Source: Octopus vulgaris (taxonomy: Eukaryota). From it: a stretch of DNA of 64,000 nt. A program made the position numbers and the translations under genes. The notes under the pieces are model-generated. The model did not search any database, was not told the DNA's origin, and saw only the letters and a program-made list of their open reading frames with translations. This document shows, one piece after another, positions 48,852-62,200 of the stretch. Each line of letters starts with the position of its first letter. Position 1 is the stretch's first letter. Where the stretch lies: NCBI GenBank assembly GCA_951406725.2, contig OX597840.1:32612001-32676000 (forward strand), read 5' to 3'.

Positions 48852-51800
48852 TGCAGGAAGCAAGCCCAAAGCCTAACAAAAGTTACTTCAATGATTCAGC
48901 AGGAAACCAGTTAACTCCGACAGAACATTCCAGATCCAACTTATCAGAACCGAGCCGCGAAACCCCTAACCAGAACAATGGCAAAACCAGTGGCACTGGA
49001 ATCATCTTATCATCCCGGGACTCACCGACTCGGCTATCGACTGACATGATGGGAGATTTCTCTCCGTCAAAGATCTGCGACGATGTATCCGATGATGATA
49101 CGTCGACGTCGACGTCGAGTAGTTTGTTTGATAACGAGGATATTGGTTTTACACCTGTGGGTCAACCCATGGACCAGAACGATGGTCGCTCACCTGTGTA
49201 TAGTTCCAAGGGGCTTGATGTTTGTGTCTGTTCGTGTTCGCAGAGTGACAGTGACAATGATGATGACGATGATGATGATGATGGTGATGATAATGACAAT
49301 GGTGGTGGTGGCGGTAGTGGTAGAGTTGGTGGTGTGACACACGTCAATGATTTTGCTCCTACAGCCTCAGACAATGTCGACAATATGCTCGGCAGTTTTA
49401 CTAACTCACCTGTGTTTAATTATGGCACACAGAGGAGGTCCAATGCTAACACACCTAACGATCCTTCTAATTCACCTAGATCTGTTCATTATACACATGG
49501 CAGTCGTACAAACACACCTGCACATAAAGATACATCTTCCAGACACATTAAGTCGCCGGGACCTAACAGAGTGAAATCTAACACACCTGACAGTTATACA
49601 AGCTTACCTGGATTTAACAAGACATGTACTAGACACGCTGAAGCATTTAGATCTGGTACTAATTCACCTGACAATGATGAAATTACACCTGAAGATACTA
49701 ACAACATACCTATTAAACCAACAAAATCACCTAGATCTTATCTCAATACACCTGATGTGGATATAGACACATCTAGAGATTATGATAATGATACACCTGT
49801 TAGTCATGTTATCTCACCTAGATTTAATATCGTCTCACCTGACAGTGATATTAACACTCCTAGATACATTGAATCACCAATATCTAATGCAAGCACACCT
49901 GACAGATCTTGTAGCAGCACACCTGAGCTTTATCATACACCTGATAGATATACTAAATCATCAGCACCTAATAACAATACACTTAATTGTGATATAGACA
50001 CAACCGGAGATAATAACGATACATCTACAAGATGTGTTGAATCACCGAGATCTAATACCAACACACCTGAGATTGATATAAGTATACCTGGACATCTTAA
50101 CAATGTATCAACCACCTGTGTCAAATCAAGATCTTATAGTAACACACCTGACAGTGATAGCAACTCACCTGATATTGATATAAAGACACTTCAACTTCTA
50201 AATAATGCATCAACCATTTGTATCAAATCTTCGCTGTCTGACATTAACACACCTGAAAATGATAGCAACTCACCTGAAAATGATAGCAACTCACCTGAAA
50301 ATGATAGCAACACGCCTGATATCGATATAAACACACCTGGAATTCTCAACAACATAACAAGCACCTGTGTCAAATCATCACAGTCTAACATCAACACACC
50401 TAAAAGTGACAGCACCTCACCTGATATTGATATAAACACACCTGGACTTCTAAACAATGTATCAACCACTTGTGTGAAATCATCACAATCTAATAGCAAC
50501 ACACCTGAAAATGATAGCAACTCAAATGATATTGAGATTAACACACCTGGACTTCTTAACAACATATCAAACACTTGTGTCAAATTATCTAGATCCGACA
50601 CCAACACACCTGAAAGTGATAGTAACGCACCTGATATTGATGTAAATGTACCTGTACTTCTTAACAACATATCGAGCACCTGTGTCAAATCCCCAAGATC
50701 CAATGCCAATACACCTGAAAGTGATAAAAATGCACTTAAACTTAATACTAATACAGCTCTCTGTCCCACCAATGACGCTAGAAGCCTTTCGAATTCATCA
50801 AGCAGTCTTAGTATCTCACCTGCAAGTTTTACCAAGTCACCCAAGCTTAAGGCTAACTCACCTTTGCCGAGAAGCCTTAGCACATCACCCAAGCTTAACA
50901 CTAACTCACCTTCACCTAGAAGCTTTGGTAAGTCTCCAAGACTTGAGACTGACATTGCTGGAAGCCATATCAACACACCTGCATATATATACAAAGACAT
51001 TACCGACCCCTCAGGACGTCTTAGCAACACCCCAAGAAGTGATGCCAACACACCTGTTGATGCTACTGACATTGCTAGGAGCAATGCCAACACACCTGTT
51101 GATGTTACAAACACCCCTAGAAGCAACATCGCCACACCTGTTGGTGTTACTGACATTGCTAGAAGCAATGCCAACACACCTGTTGATGTTACAAACACCC
51201 CTAGAAGCAACATCGCCACACCTGTTGGTGTTACAGAAACACCTGAAAGTAATTTACACCCAGGTGAGAACATTATTAATACCAAACGATTGAACTGTAA
51301 TTCTGATACAAATATGTTGTCCAAGACAGCAGTCATTACAAACATGCCAAGGTGTAACTCTCATACAGGTATGGTGCAAGGTGCACCTGCTAGACATACC
51401 AAATCATCAAGATATAATGCCAGCACACCTGACAGTGATAAAATCTCATTTAGACAAAATAACGACGCATTTGCTAGAGACACCAGATCACCTGTTACAA
51501 TTACATCTAGAAATAATTCTCGCACAGATCTGGTGTCTGACACAGCATTGAGTACTAACATATCTAGAGATAATTCTCGCACAGATATGGTATCTGACTC
51601 ACCAATTGTTACCAAAATGTCTAGAAATAATTCTCGCACAGATATGGTGTCTGACACGCCAATTGTTACCAAAACATCTAGAAATAGTTCTCGCACAGAT
51701 ATGGCATCTGACACACCAATTGTTACCAAAACATCTAGAAATAGTTCTCGCACAGATATGGCATCTGACACACCAATTGTTACCAAAACATCTAGAAATA

Positions 51801-53756
51801 GTTCTCGCACAGATATGGTGTCTGACACACCAGTTGTTACCAAAACATCTAGAAATAATTCTCGCACAGATATGGCTTCTGACACAACAGTTGTTACCAA
51901 AACATCTAGAAATAGTTCTCGCACAGATATGGCATCTGACACACCAATTGTTACCAAAACATCTAGAAATAGTTCTCGCACAGATATGGCTTCTGACACA
52001 CAGTTGTTACCAAAACATCTAGAAATAATTCTCGCACAGATATGGCTTCTGACACACCAGTTGTTACCAAAACATCTAGAAATAATTCTCGCACAGATCT
52101 GGTATCTGACACACCAATTGTTACCAAAACATCTAGAAATAGTTCTCGCACAGATATGGTGTCTGACACGCCAATTGTTACCAAAATGTCTAGAAATAAT
52201 TCTCGCACAGATATGGCTTCTGACACACCAATTGGTACCAAAATGTCTAGAAATAATTCTCACATGGATATGGCTTCTGACACAGCAATTGTTACCAAAG
52301 CATCTAGAAATAATTCTTGCACAGACATGGCTTCTGACACAGCAATTGTTACCAAAAAATCTAGAAATAATTCTCGCAGAGATATAGCATCTGACACAGC
52401 AATTGGTACCAATACATCTAGAAATAATTCTAGAAATGATTCTCACAGAGATATGGTGTCTGACACAGCAATTGTTTCCAAAATGTCTAGAAATAATTCT
52501 CACACAGATCTGGGGTCTGACACAACATTAAGTGCTAAAACCTCTAGAAATAATTCTCGCACAGTTGTTATCAAAACGTCTAGAAATAATTCTTGTACAG
52601 GCATGGCATCTGACACAGCAATTGTTATCAAAAAATCTAGAAAAGATTCTCACAGAGATATGGCATCTGACACAGCAATCATTTCCAAAATGTCTAGAAA
52701 TAATTCTCACACAGATATTGCATCTGACACAGCGTTGAGTACCAATACATCTAGGAATAATTCTCGCACAGATCTGGTTTCTGAGACAGCAATTGTTAAC
52801 AAAACCTCTAGAAATAGTTCTCGCACAGATATGGTATCTGACACAACAATTATTGCCAAGACATCTAGAAGTAATTCTCGCACAGATGCGACATCTGGCA
52901 CAGTATTAAATACCAAAACATCACAATCTAATTCTTGCACTGATATGGTGCTGGACAAACCACTAATTACCGACGAGCTTAACACCAAAAAAACTAAATG
53001 TTACTCTGATACGAATGTAATTACCAACAAACCAAGATATAATTCCAACCCAGATGTGACCACCAAGACGATTGCAAGTAAATCTTATACAGATTGTGTT
53101 ACTAATCCAGCAACAGCTGCCAATATAGAAATGGCTCGACCTATACCAGATGATGTGTCGGTCTTTGAGAACAAGACACAGTCACAGACAACAACTGATG
53201 TTTGGAACAATGGAAACCAAAGTGGAGACTCTTCGCAAATAAAAGATCCAGGTTCATCGCCAGCCAAAAGTCCCACAGTAGACCCCAATATCCTAATGTC
53301 CCCTGTCTTGCAGGATGCCATCATACAACGAGAATCACCAGAGATGCTAGAAAAGAATCCGAGTCGTGATCCCAGTGACTCTCAGACTCCTATGCTGGAC
53401 ATCCTCATCAAAGACAACAACGACTTTTTCTTTGATGATGATGATGATGATACAATGGATGTAGAGGGTGATGGCCACCACCACCAACAACAAACAGATG
53501 ACTCTGCCGTTTTGAAGAAATCGGTGATGCCAGTGGACAAGGATGATGATAGTGATGGAGACTGCAACACTGACAGCCTGGAGCAGCTGCCGGCGCCGGT
53601 CGGGGACGAGCCATCTTCTTGTGGGCGGTTGCTTGTTGTAGGTGGCAGCAGCCATCATCTCGTGGGCGGAGAAACAACGGACGAGACTGGACCACTCGGC
53701 ACCAACATCGTGGCCGTGACTGTTGCCACGCCCGAGGGTGACCAGGGGTCGAAAAG
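48852..53756 (+). CDS. ZBBX: ZBBX giant coding exon 15 (~1635 aa, S/T/N/D/P-rich tandem repeats), with a 1-nt deletion near 52000
   Basis: ttttcag| (phase 1) ... AG|gttggt (phase 2). ORFs 48746-52387 and 52042-53775 join into one frame if one base is restored in the 57-bp repeat at 52000/52001. Confidence 0.75.
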
Positions 53757-53784
53757 GTTGGTTAATGTCTTTTAGTCGTTTGTC

Positions 53785-54421
53785 GTCATCATCACCACCA
53801 CCACCATCACCATCATCATCATCATCATCATCATCACCATTACTACAACCACCACCACCACCACCACCATCAACATCATCACCATCATCATCATCACCAC
53901 CATCAACATCATCATCACCACCACCACCACCACCATCAACATCATCATCACCATCATCACCACCATCAACATCATCATCATCACCACCACCACCACCATC
54001 ATCATCATCACCATCATCACCACCATCATCACCACCACCATCATCACCATCATCACCATCATCATCGTCATCATCACCATCACCACCTCACCACCACCAC
54101 CACCACATCATTTTTATCCTCACTATTTGTGGTTGTTGATGTCACACACACACACTCTCTCTCCCAGACACACACTCTGTCTCTCATACACACACACTCT
54201 CTCTCACACACACACACACACCCTGTCTGTCTCTCACACACACACAGTTTCACACACAACTCACACACACACACACACACACTCACAAACTCTCATACAC
54301 ACATTCTCACACACACACTCACACACACACACACACACTCTCTCACACACATTCTCACACACTCACTGCCTCTCTGACACACACACACACACACACTCTC
54401 ACAAACTCTCATACACACATT

Positions 54422-54457
<36 letters not shown>

Positions 54458-54536
54458 CTCACACACATTCTCACACACTCACTGCCTCTCTGACACACAT
54501 ACACACACACACACATACACTGTCTCTCTCCCTCTA

Positions 54537-54572
<36 letters not shown>
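53785..54572. repeat. (CAT/CAC)n followed by (CA/CT)n microsatellites
   Basis: Seen directly. Other large tracts: 18150-18440, 34135-34410, 41840-42180, 44810-45095, 55292-55680 (TCTA), 63640-64000. Confidence 0.95.
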
Positions 54573-54574
<2 letters not shown>

Positions 54575-54623
54575 TATATTTATACTATTGTCATTATTTC
54601 CCTTTTCTTTTTTCCCTCTCTAG

Positions 54624-54667
54624 CAATGGAGCCCATGACAATATTACAACGACCACCACAGCTGAAG
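54624..54667 (+). CDS. ZBBX: ZBBX coding exon 16 (NGAHDNITTTTTAE)
   Basis: Long pyrimidine tract + ctag| ... G|gtaata; phase 2 to 1. Confidence 0.72.
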
Positions 54668-55393
54668 GTAATATCTCTTTCCTTTACTCATTTGGCATTC
54701 TCCCCAAGAAATCAAAAAAAACTATATAATTTATAATTTTCATATTACCATTCTGCTGGATGATCCACCGGTTCATGTAGTAAATACTATAGACTAACAG
54801 ATGGGATTCAGCCAAACCATCCAGCGATAGAGTCAATCTCTCATCATCTTCTTCAGGTATCACTTGAAAAGGAAAGTGAAACTAGAGAGGGAAGTTTTGT
54901 CTAGCGAATGTTTTAAAAAAAGATGGGTGAATGTAGCAAGGATGGCTACATGTGAATGACGGAGCCACCTTGAGCATAATCCTATGAACCAGAATAAGAA
55001 AGGAGAAAAGAGGGTCACTTATTGTAATATGTTTTTTATGCATGACATTATTACCCAAGGTTACCGTGGTCTTTTCTATAGGCTTTTCTTTCCACAGATA
55101 AACCTAGTCTGTTTTCCCTTTTTACATTGACATTTCTGTGATATATGATCCCTATTGATCGGCTTTTTTTTTCCACGATCCCTTTTGATCAAAATTTGAC
55201 ACACTTTTTTTTTCTCTTCTTCCCCCAAAGAAAAGCTCTACTATGTATTTTGTCCCCTCTGTGTTCAGCCCTGTGTGGCCAATAAAGAAACATATCTATC
55301 TATCTATCTTTCTGTCTGTCTATCTATCTTATCTATCTATCTTTCTTTCTGTCTATCTATCTATCTATCTACCTGTCTGTGTCTATCTATCTA

Positions 55394-55429
<36 letters not shown>

Positions 55430-55439
55430 CCTGTCTGTG

Positions 55440-55470
<31 letters not shown>

Positions 55471-56310
55471 GTCTGTCTGTTTATCTATCTATCTACCTGT
55501 TTGTGTGTCTATCTATCTACCTACCTGTCTGTGTCTATCTATCTATCTGTCTGTCTGTCTGTCTATCTATCTAGCTATCTATTTATCTATCTGTCTATCT
55601 TTCTATCTATCTATCTATCTACCTACCTATCGAATCTATCTATCTATCTATCTGCCTATCTATCTGTCTGTCTGTCTGTCTATTTCCCATCATTTCAAAA
55701 ATGTAACTACACCTGGCCTGTTGGCATTGTTTTGCTATCTTTCTTTTCCTTTCGACTTTTCTCTTTCCTGTTTCCAAAGAAGAGCTCCGACAGAAGGTAA
55801 TGGCAAACTTCTGCTGACTCTTTCACCACAACTTTCTCGCACTCTTTCCTCTTGCATCTCACCTGCGACAGACAGGCGTCCCGTCCAGGTGAGGAACCTA
55901 TCTGCCAAAGAAACCGGCCCTTATGAGCGAAACACCTAAGCACCACGCGGACCCAGCCGAAGATAATGGCAAACTTCTGCTGACTCTTTCACCACAACTT
56001 TCTCTCACTCTTTCCTCCTGCATCTTGCAGCTCACTTGAGACGGACCGGTGTCCCGTCCAGATGGGGAACCTATACGCCAAGGAAACCGGGAAACCGACC
56101 CTTATGAGCCAGGCATGGCTCAAGAATGAGCAAACAACAACAATATATATATTTATATGTATGTGTGTGTGTGTGTGAGTGTCTGGCCTAGTGGTTAGAG
56201 CAGCGGACTTGCGGTTGAGGGATCGCGGGTTCGAATCTCAGGCGTGGCTCGAGAAGGAACAAACAAAAAAAAACAACATCTAACCATTCATTTATTTGTC
56301 TTTCTTGCAG

Positions 56311-56420
56311 ATGCTGACAACACACTGAGAGTGAGCAGCAATACGGATGTCAACAGCTCCACCTTCTCCAGCGTCACCTCTATGAGCACCGATTCTTTGG
56401 AAGATTTACTGGACGCATGA
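56311..56420 (+). CDS. ZBBX: ZBBX last coding exon (ADNTLRVSSN...DSLEDLLDA*); exon extends to 56470
   Basis: tttcttgcag|, phase 1, TGA at 56418-56420; donor GAA|gtatgt after 56470. Confidence 0.72.
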
Positions 56421-56996
56421 CATCATCAAAGGAGTCAGACACTAGGAAGCATGATCTACCCCCCAGTGAAGTATGTCCTGTTCTAAACCCTTTTGGTGCC
56501 AACCTGACTGAGACCACTCCTCATTCTTTGATACAAATTTCTTGTTCAGATCGATCCAAATTAACACCTTTGATTAAAATTCCATACTCTTTTTACTTTT
56601 TTACTTGTTTCAGTCATTTGACTGCGGCCATGCTGGAGCACCGCCTTTAATCGAGCAAATCGACCCCGGGACTTATTCTTTTGTAAGCCCAGTACTTATT
56701 CTATCGGTCTCGTTTTCCGAAACGCTAAGTGACGGGGACATAAACACACCAGCATCGGTTGTCAAGCAATGCTAGGGGGACAAACACAGACACACAAACA
56801 TACACGCACATACATATATATACTTATATACGACGGGCTTCTTTCAGTTTCCGTCTACCAAATCCGCTCACAAAGCTTTGGTCGGCCCGAGGCTATAGTA
56901 GAAGACACTTGCCCAAGGTGCCATGCAGTGGGACTGAACTCGGGACCATGTGGCTGGTAAACAAGCTACTTACCACACAGCCACTCCTACACACAC

Positions 56997-57071
<75 letters not shown>

Positions 57072-57510
57072 ACAGGCTTTCTTTCAGTTTCCCTCTACCA
57101 AATCCATTCACAGCACTTTGGTCGGCCAGAGGCTTAGTAGAAGACACTTGCCCAAAGTGCCACGCAGTGGGACTGAACCCAGAACCATGTGGTTAGTAAG
57201 CAAGCTACTTACCACACAGCCACTCCTGCACCTATATATATACATATATACGACGGGCTTCTTTCAGTTTCTGTCTACCAAATCCACTCACAAGGCTTTG
57301 GTTGGCCTGAGGCTAGAGTAGAAGACACTTGCCCAAGGTGCCACGCAGTGGGACTGAACCCAGAACCATGTGGTTGGTAAGCAAGCTACTTACCGCACAG
57401 CCACTCCTGCGCCTATAAATAAATAGACAGATATTTTTTCTTTCAGATTGTTTTCATTTTGTTCTTGTTTCATTTACATGTGTTTTATTTACCTTTGTTT
57501 TAAATTTCAG

Positions 57511-57790
57511 GTGAATGACTTCTACCGACTTCACCTGAGTGTGAAGTCGGTAGCAGTGTGGATGGAACCTTGACCAAAACCAACTGCGGAAACTAAGGCA
57601 AAGTTAAGACGTGTGTGATACACAGGAACAAATTACAGAACAATAAAATAACCGTTGTTGTAGTAGTAAGATTTGAACTTAAGACCTTACTGTTAATAAA
57701 CCAGTACCTTTACCACCTTCCCATTCGCTTTTCCTATTTACTGTGTATATATACTGAAAGACATCAATAATAAAGGATTACAAGGCTTTG
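57511..57790 (+). other. ZBBX: Candidate non-coding last exon (3' UTR) of ZBBX
   Basis: T-rich tract + tttcag|G at 57511; AATAAA at 57642 and 57769. End approximate. Confidence 0.5.
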
Positions 57791-58691
57791 TTCTTTCCCC
57801 TTTTTTTTTTAATCTTTTAGTCATAAGTGGGAAAGCAGTGGGACCGGGATCTGTTGCCGAGTTCCCAGCAGGAAAGGTTACTGTATCTTTTCTCTTGCTT
57901 CAGTCATTTGACTGTGGCCATGCTGGGGCACCACACCTGGGATGGTTTTAGTCGAACACATCGACCTCGGGACTTCTTTTAAAGAACCTGGTTTTTATTC
58001 TCATTTCTTTATTGCCCACAAGGGACTAAACATAGAGGGGACAAACAAGGACAGACAAAAGGATTAAGTCAATTACCTCGACCCCAGTGCGTAACTGGTA
58101 CTTAATTTATCGACCCCGAAAGGATGAAAGGCAAACTCGACCTCGGTGGAATTTGAACTCAGAACATAAAGACAGACGAAATACCTATTTCTTTACTACC
58201 CACAAGGTGCTAAACATAGAGGGGACAAACAAGGACAGACAAAAGGATTAAGTCAATTACCTCGATCCCCAGTGCGTAACTGGTACTTAATTTATCGACC
58301 CCGAAAGGATGAAAGGCAAACTCGACCTCGGTGGAATTTGAACTCAGAACGTAACGACAGACGAAATACCTATTTCTTTACTAAACACAGAGAGAACAAA
58401 CAAGGACAGACAAACGGATTCAGTCGATTACATCGACCCCAGTGCGTAACTGGTACTTAATTTATCGACCCCAAAAGAATGAAAGGCAAAGTCGACCTCG
58501 GTGGAATTTGAACTCAGAACGCAGCAGCGGACGAAATAACACAAAGCATTTTGCCCGGCGTGCTAACGATTCTGCCAGCTCACCTGGTATTTAGTCTATC
58601 AGTCTCTTATGCTGAACCGCTAAGTTACAGGGATATAAACACACCAACACTGGTTGTTGAGTGGTGGTGGGGCACAAAGACACACACATAC

Positions 58692-58737
<46 letters not shown>

Positions 58738-58748
58738 ATGTATATATA

Positions 58749-58779
<31 letters not shown>

Positions 58780-58881
58780 CCCCAGGAGAACACCTCCTCC
58801 AGCTGGCTATAGACACACTTTCTGTGCCCTATCAGTATTTGCAAAGGGAAGCCATCTTTCCCGTCTTCAACTTATGATATA

Positions 58882-58922
58882 CACGGACTCGAGTTTCACG
58901 GTATTGACCCATCATCGGTATG
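58882..58922 (-). ncRNA. Hammerhead-like motif with variant core CCGATGA
   Basis: Reverse complement reads CATA-CCGATGA-TGGG-TCAATA-CCGT-GAAA-CTCGAG-TC^CGTG; stems imperfect. Confidence 0.55.
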
Positions 58923-59178
58923 TGACAATCATAGTTGTCGATGAGAAATAGGTTCCCTTGACAAATACATATACTTTTTCCAGTATCGATTGACACTGAT
59001 ATTGAAAAACTGAAATCAAACAATGATAAATCTGAGAGACCTCGATATTATGTAAATAGAGGAAATTTATCTGTAAAATAATATGTGACAATTATTCAAT
59101 AGCCAAGATAAAACTCTGAGTTTCGGATGCCGAGGTGGAAATCCACAACACCATCTCTTTGGTTATCTGGCCATCTCC

Positions 59179-59241
59179 AGATAACCAAAGAGATGGTGTC
59201 ATGGATTTCCACTTCGGCATCTGAAACTCAGAGTTTTATCT
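59179..59241 (+). ncRNA. Degenerate hammerhead-like motif (core CCAAAGA) in fold-back 59065-59281
   Basis: AGATAA-CCAAAGA-GATG...CATC-T-GAAA-CTCAGAG-TT^TTATCT; mirrored on the other arm. Confidence 0.5.
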
Positions 59242-59420
59242 TGACTATCGAGTAATGTAACATATCATTTTACAGATAAATATATATATAAACTAACTAA
59301 CTCTAACCCTAATCTTAAAACAGATTGAAATGCAATAGATCGATTCTAGGGTCATAATTATAGGTGACAATTTCATATGACACCGCTAGAAAAAACTGCC
59401 GTTCAAACCGAAAAGATCCC

Positions 59421-60130
59421 AGTCTTCTTTCTCCCGTCGCATCTCTTTCGTATGTTTTGATTCTACTTAATGCAGAAAAGGATCGCTCTACAGAAGCAGT
59501 GGTAGATGGAATTGTCAAAATCAACTTGCACAGATTGAAGAGTTCTGGCATAGCTTCAACAAGATCAGTGCTGTTAATGTAACTCCTTAAATGACCTACA
59601 TTTCCTTTTTTAAAATCCTTCATTGAACACATCACATTGAGTTCACTTTGTAATCGTATTACATCAAAAAATCTGCCATAAGTTGTTCTTAAAGAATCTA
59701 AAGAGTCCACAGGAAATTGTTTGCAATACTCATCAACTTTGTTGAAATTCAAAAGTTCCGTGAATTTAACCCTTTCGTTACCAACCCGGCTAAAACTGCC
59801 TCTGGTTCTGTTGTACAAATGTCTTGTTTTCATAAGGTTTTAATTAAAATCTTCCACCAAACCTTAGTCACAATTTATGTTCCAAACACTAGCTTAATGA
59901 TAACCAAGTTATTTCACTAAATTCTTTGTTATATTTAAAGTTAATTGAAAGAAACACAGAGCATCTCAACAGAAATATGGTAATGAAAGGGTTAAACTCT
60001 TCTAAGGATGACTATCATGCTTTTATTTGGTCAACTATTGTACTTATAATTTTGTTATAAAGCATTCTATAATGTCGTTGGGGCTCAATAGATATATTCT
60101 TGGATCTCTGAATTCCGATTCCTGCATCGA
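59421..60130 (-). mobile_element. hAT transposase remnant (dimerisation domain) interrupted by a TTAA MITE
   Basis: PELFNLCKLILTIPSTTASVERSFSALSRIKTYER; the frame continues beyond the MITE at 59770-59991. Confidence 0.8.
59770..59991. mobile_element. piggyBac-like MITE (TTAA TSD, CCCTTT termini)
   Basis: ttaa|CCCTTTCGTTACC...GGTAATGAAAGGG|ttaa; same family forms tandems at 1226-1703 (x2) and 39871-40785 (x4). Confidence 0.8.
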
Positions 60131-60229
60131 CTCCATATTTTTCCCCTAACATATCATAAAAGACTGAAAAATTATCAAGTTTGTTTTCGAGTACAGTTCT
60201 AGTTTTTCTATTTGCTCTTTACAATGGAT

Positions 60230-60912
60230 GGAAGCACTCCGTCGGTTACGACGACGAGGGTTCCGGTTGATCCCGATCAACGGAACAGCCTGCTCGTGAA
60301 ATTAACGTGTAAGTGGCTGAGCACCACACAGACACGTGTACCCTTAACGTAGTTCTCGGGGGGATATTCAGCGTGACACAGAGAGTGACAAGGCCGGCCC
60401 TTTGAAATACAGGTACAACAGAAACAGGAAGTAAGAGTGAGAGAAAGTTGTGGTGAAAGAGTACAGCAAGGATCACCACCATCCCCTGCCGGTGCGTCGT
60501 GGAGCTTTTAGGTGTTTTCGCTCAATATGGAAGCACTCTGTCGGTTACGATGACGAGGGTTCCGGTTGATCCGATCAACGGAACAGCCTGCTCGTGAAAT
60601 TAACGTGTAAGTGGCTGAGCACTCCACAGACACGTGTACCCTTAACGTAGTTCTCGGGGGATATTCAGCGTGACACAGAGAGTGACAAGGCTGGCCCTTT
60701 GAAATACAGGTACAACAGAAACAGGAAGTAAGAGTGAGAGAAAGTTGTGGTGAAAGAGTACAGCAGGGATCACCACCACCCCCTGCCGGAGCCTCAGTGG
60801 AGCTTTAGGTGTTTTCGCTCAATAAACACTCACAACGCCCGGTCTGGGAATCGAAACCGCGATCCTACGACCGCGAGTCCGCTGCCCTAACCACTGGGCC
60901 ATTGCGCCTCCA
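60230..60912 (-). mobile_element. tRNA-derived SINE family C with duplicated 3' half
   Basis: Head GGAGGCGCAATGGCCCAGTGGTTAGGGCAGCGGAC...GTTTCGATTCCC; ~300-bp direct duplication. Relatives at ~21250-21553, 11560-11715, 12140-12283, 36430-36670, 55790-56270. Confidence 0.78.
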
Positions 60913-61424
60913 CTGCTCTTTACAATACACTATGTCATGACTTTTACTCTGGAGGATGTTAAATAAGATGCCAGTAAAAGAAAAATGTCACTGAGCGTGA
61001 TCGTTGCCAGAGCGGCTATGTAACAAAATTTTAATCTTTTTTGTCTTTGGTCAATAAGTGTTATTTCCTATTTGCTTCTATCTAGAAATCAAAGGAAATC
61101 ACAACTGGACCCTTCAAACTTTGCTTTTGTCTCCTGGACATCTGTGTTTCCAAACTGACCTATTTTCCATTACGCTTCACACAGATTCAGCACTGAGACG
61201 CTGAAGCAGAAATATCGTTCATGATTTTGGCAGTTGTCCACCTTAATAATGATAATAATAATAATAGTAATCCTTTCTACTAAAAGCAATAGGCCCGAAA
61301 TTTGGGGACAGGGGACTACTCGATTACATTGACCCCGGCATTTCACTGGTACTTAATTTATCAACCCCAAGAGGAGAACTTTGTCTAGTGTGCTAATGAT
61401 TCTGTCAGCTCACCACTTTAATAA

Positions 61425-62200
61425 TAACAATAATAATAATAATAATAATAAATGCCCTGATGCAGTACCAGGCAGTGTCTCTCATGGCTTCTTATCTTAA
61501 CTGATTGGAAGTGTTATCATGTACATTGTTTTGTCTTGGTATAAAAGATGGGCTACAGCAAATATTCTGCTCAATACCACAGATTTGCTTGTCAGTTGTT
61601 TGACCTTAACCAGTTGAGGATGTCCCTTAGTGGCTGACGATATGTGCATCTCTGATCACGAGCAGAAGTAGTGGGGTAGCATCATAGCAAGGTGTTGAGA
61701 GGGATTCTTAGAGGTTTGGATAATTCACCTTTGGAAACATGGGTGGTTCGTTCAACATCCTTATACAATCCTTATTGAGGGACCTTTTGAGCAGGATTTT
61801 AATAATAATAATAATAATAATAACAATAATAATAATAATAATATTAATAATAAATGCCCCGATGCAGTACCAGGCAGTGTCTCTCGTGGCTCCTGATCTT
61901 AAGTGATTGGAAGTGTTATCATGTACATTGTTTTGTCTTGGTATAAAAGATGGGCTACAGCAAATATTCTGCTCAATACCACAGATTTGCTTGTCAGTTG
62001 TTTGACCTTAACCAGTTGAGCATGTCCCTTAGTGTCTGACGATATGTGCATCTCTGACCACGAGCAGAAGTAGTGGGGGAGCATCATAGCCATGTGTTGA
62101 GAGGGATTCTTTGGAGTTTGAATAATTCACCTCTGAAAACATGGGTGTTTCGTTCAATGTAATTAACCCTTAATCAGAGACTTTTTAAGTGGGATGGGCT
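61425..62200 (-). mobile_element. Two tandem copies of a retroposon 3' end with (ATT)n tail
   Basis: ~350-bp units each adjoining (AAT)n; same sequence in opposite orientation at ~25370-25535 and 26785-26885. Clade not determined. Confidence 0.6.

Noticed and set aside
50191-52988. Long antisense ORFs (384 and 380 aa) opposite the giant exon
   Set aside because: By-product of repetitive codon usage; no splice or promoter support.
54745-54865. Possible minus-strand hammerhead (CTGAAGA ... GAACCGGT)
   Set aside because: GAAA, the cleavage triplet and stems are too degenerate to support the call.
60830-60912. tRNA-like sequences (also other SINE heads)
   Set aside because: SINE heads continuing into SINE bodies; no complete cloverleaf.
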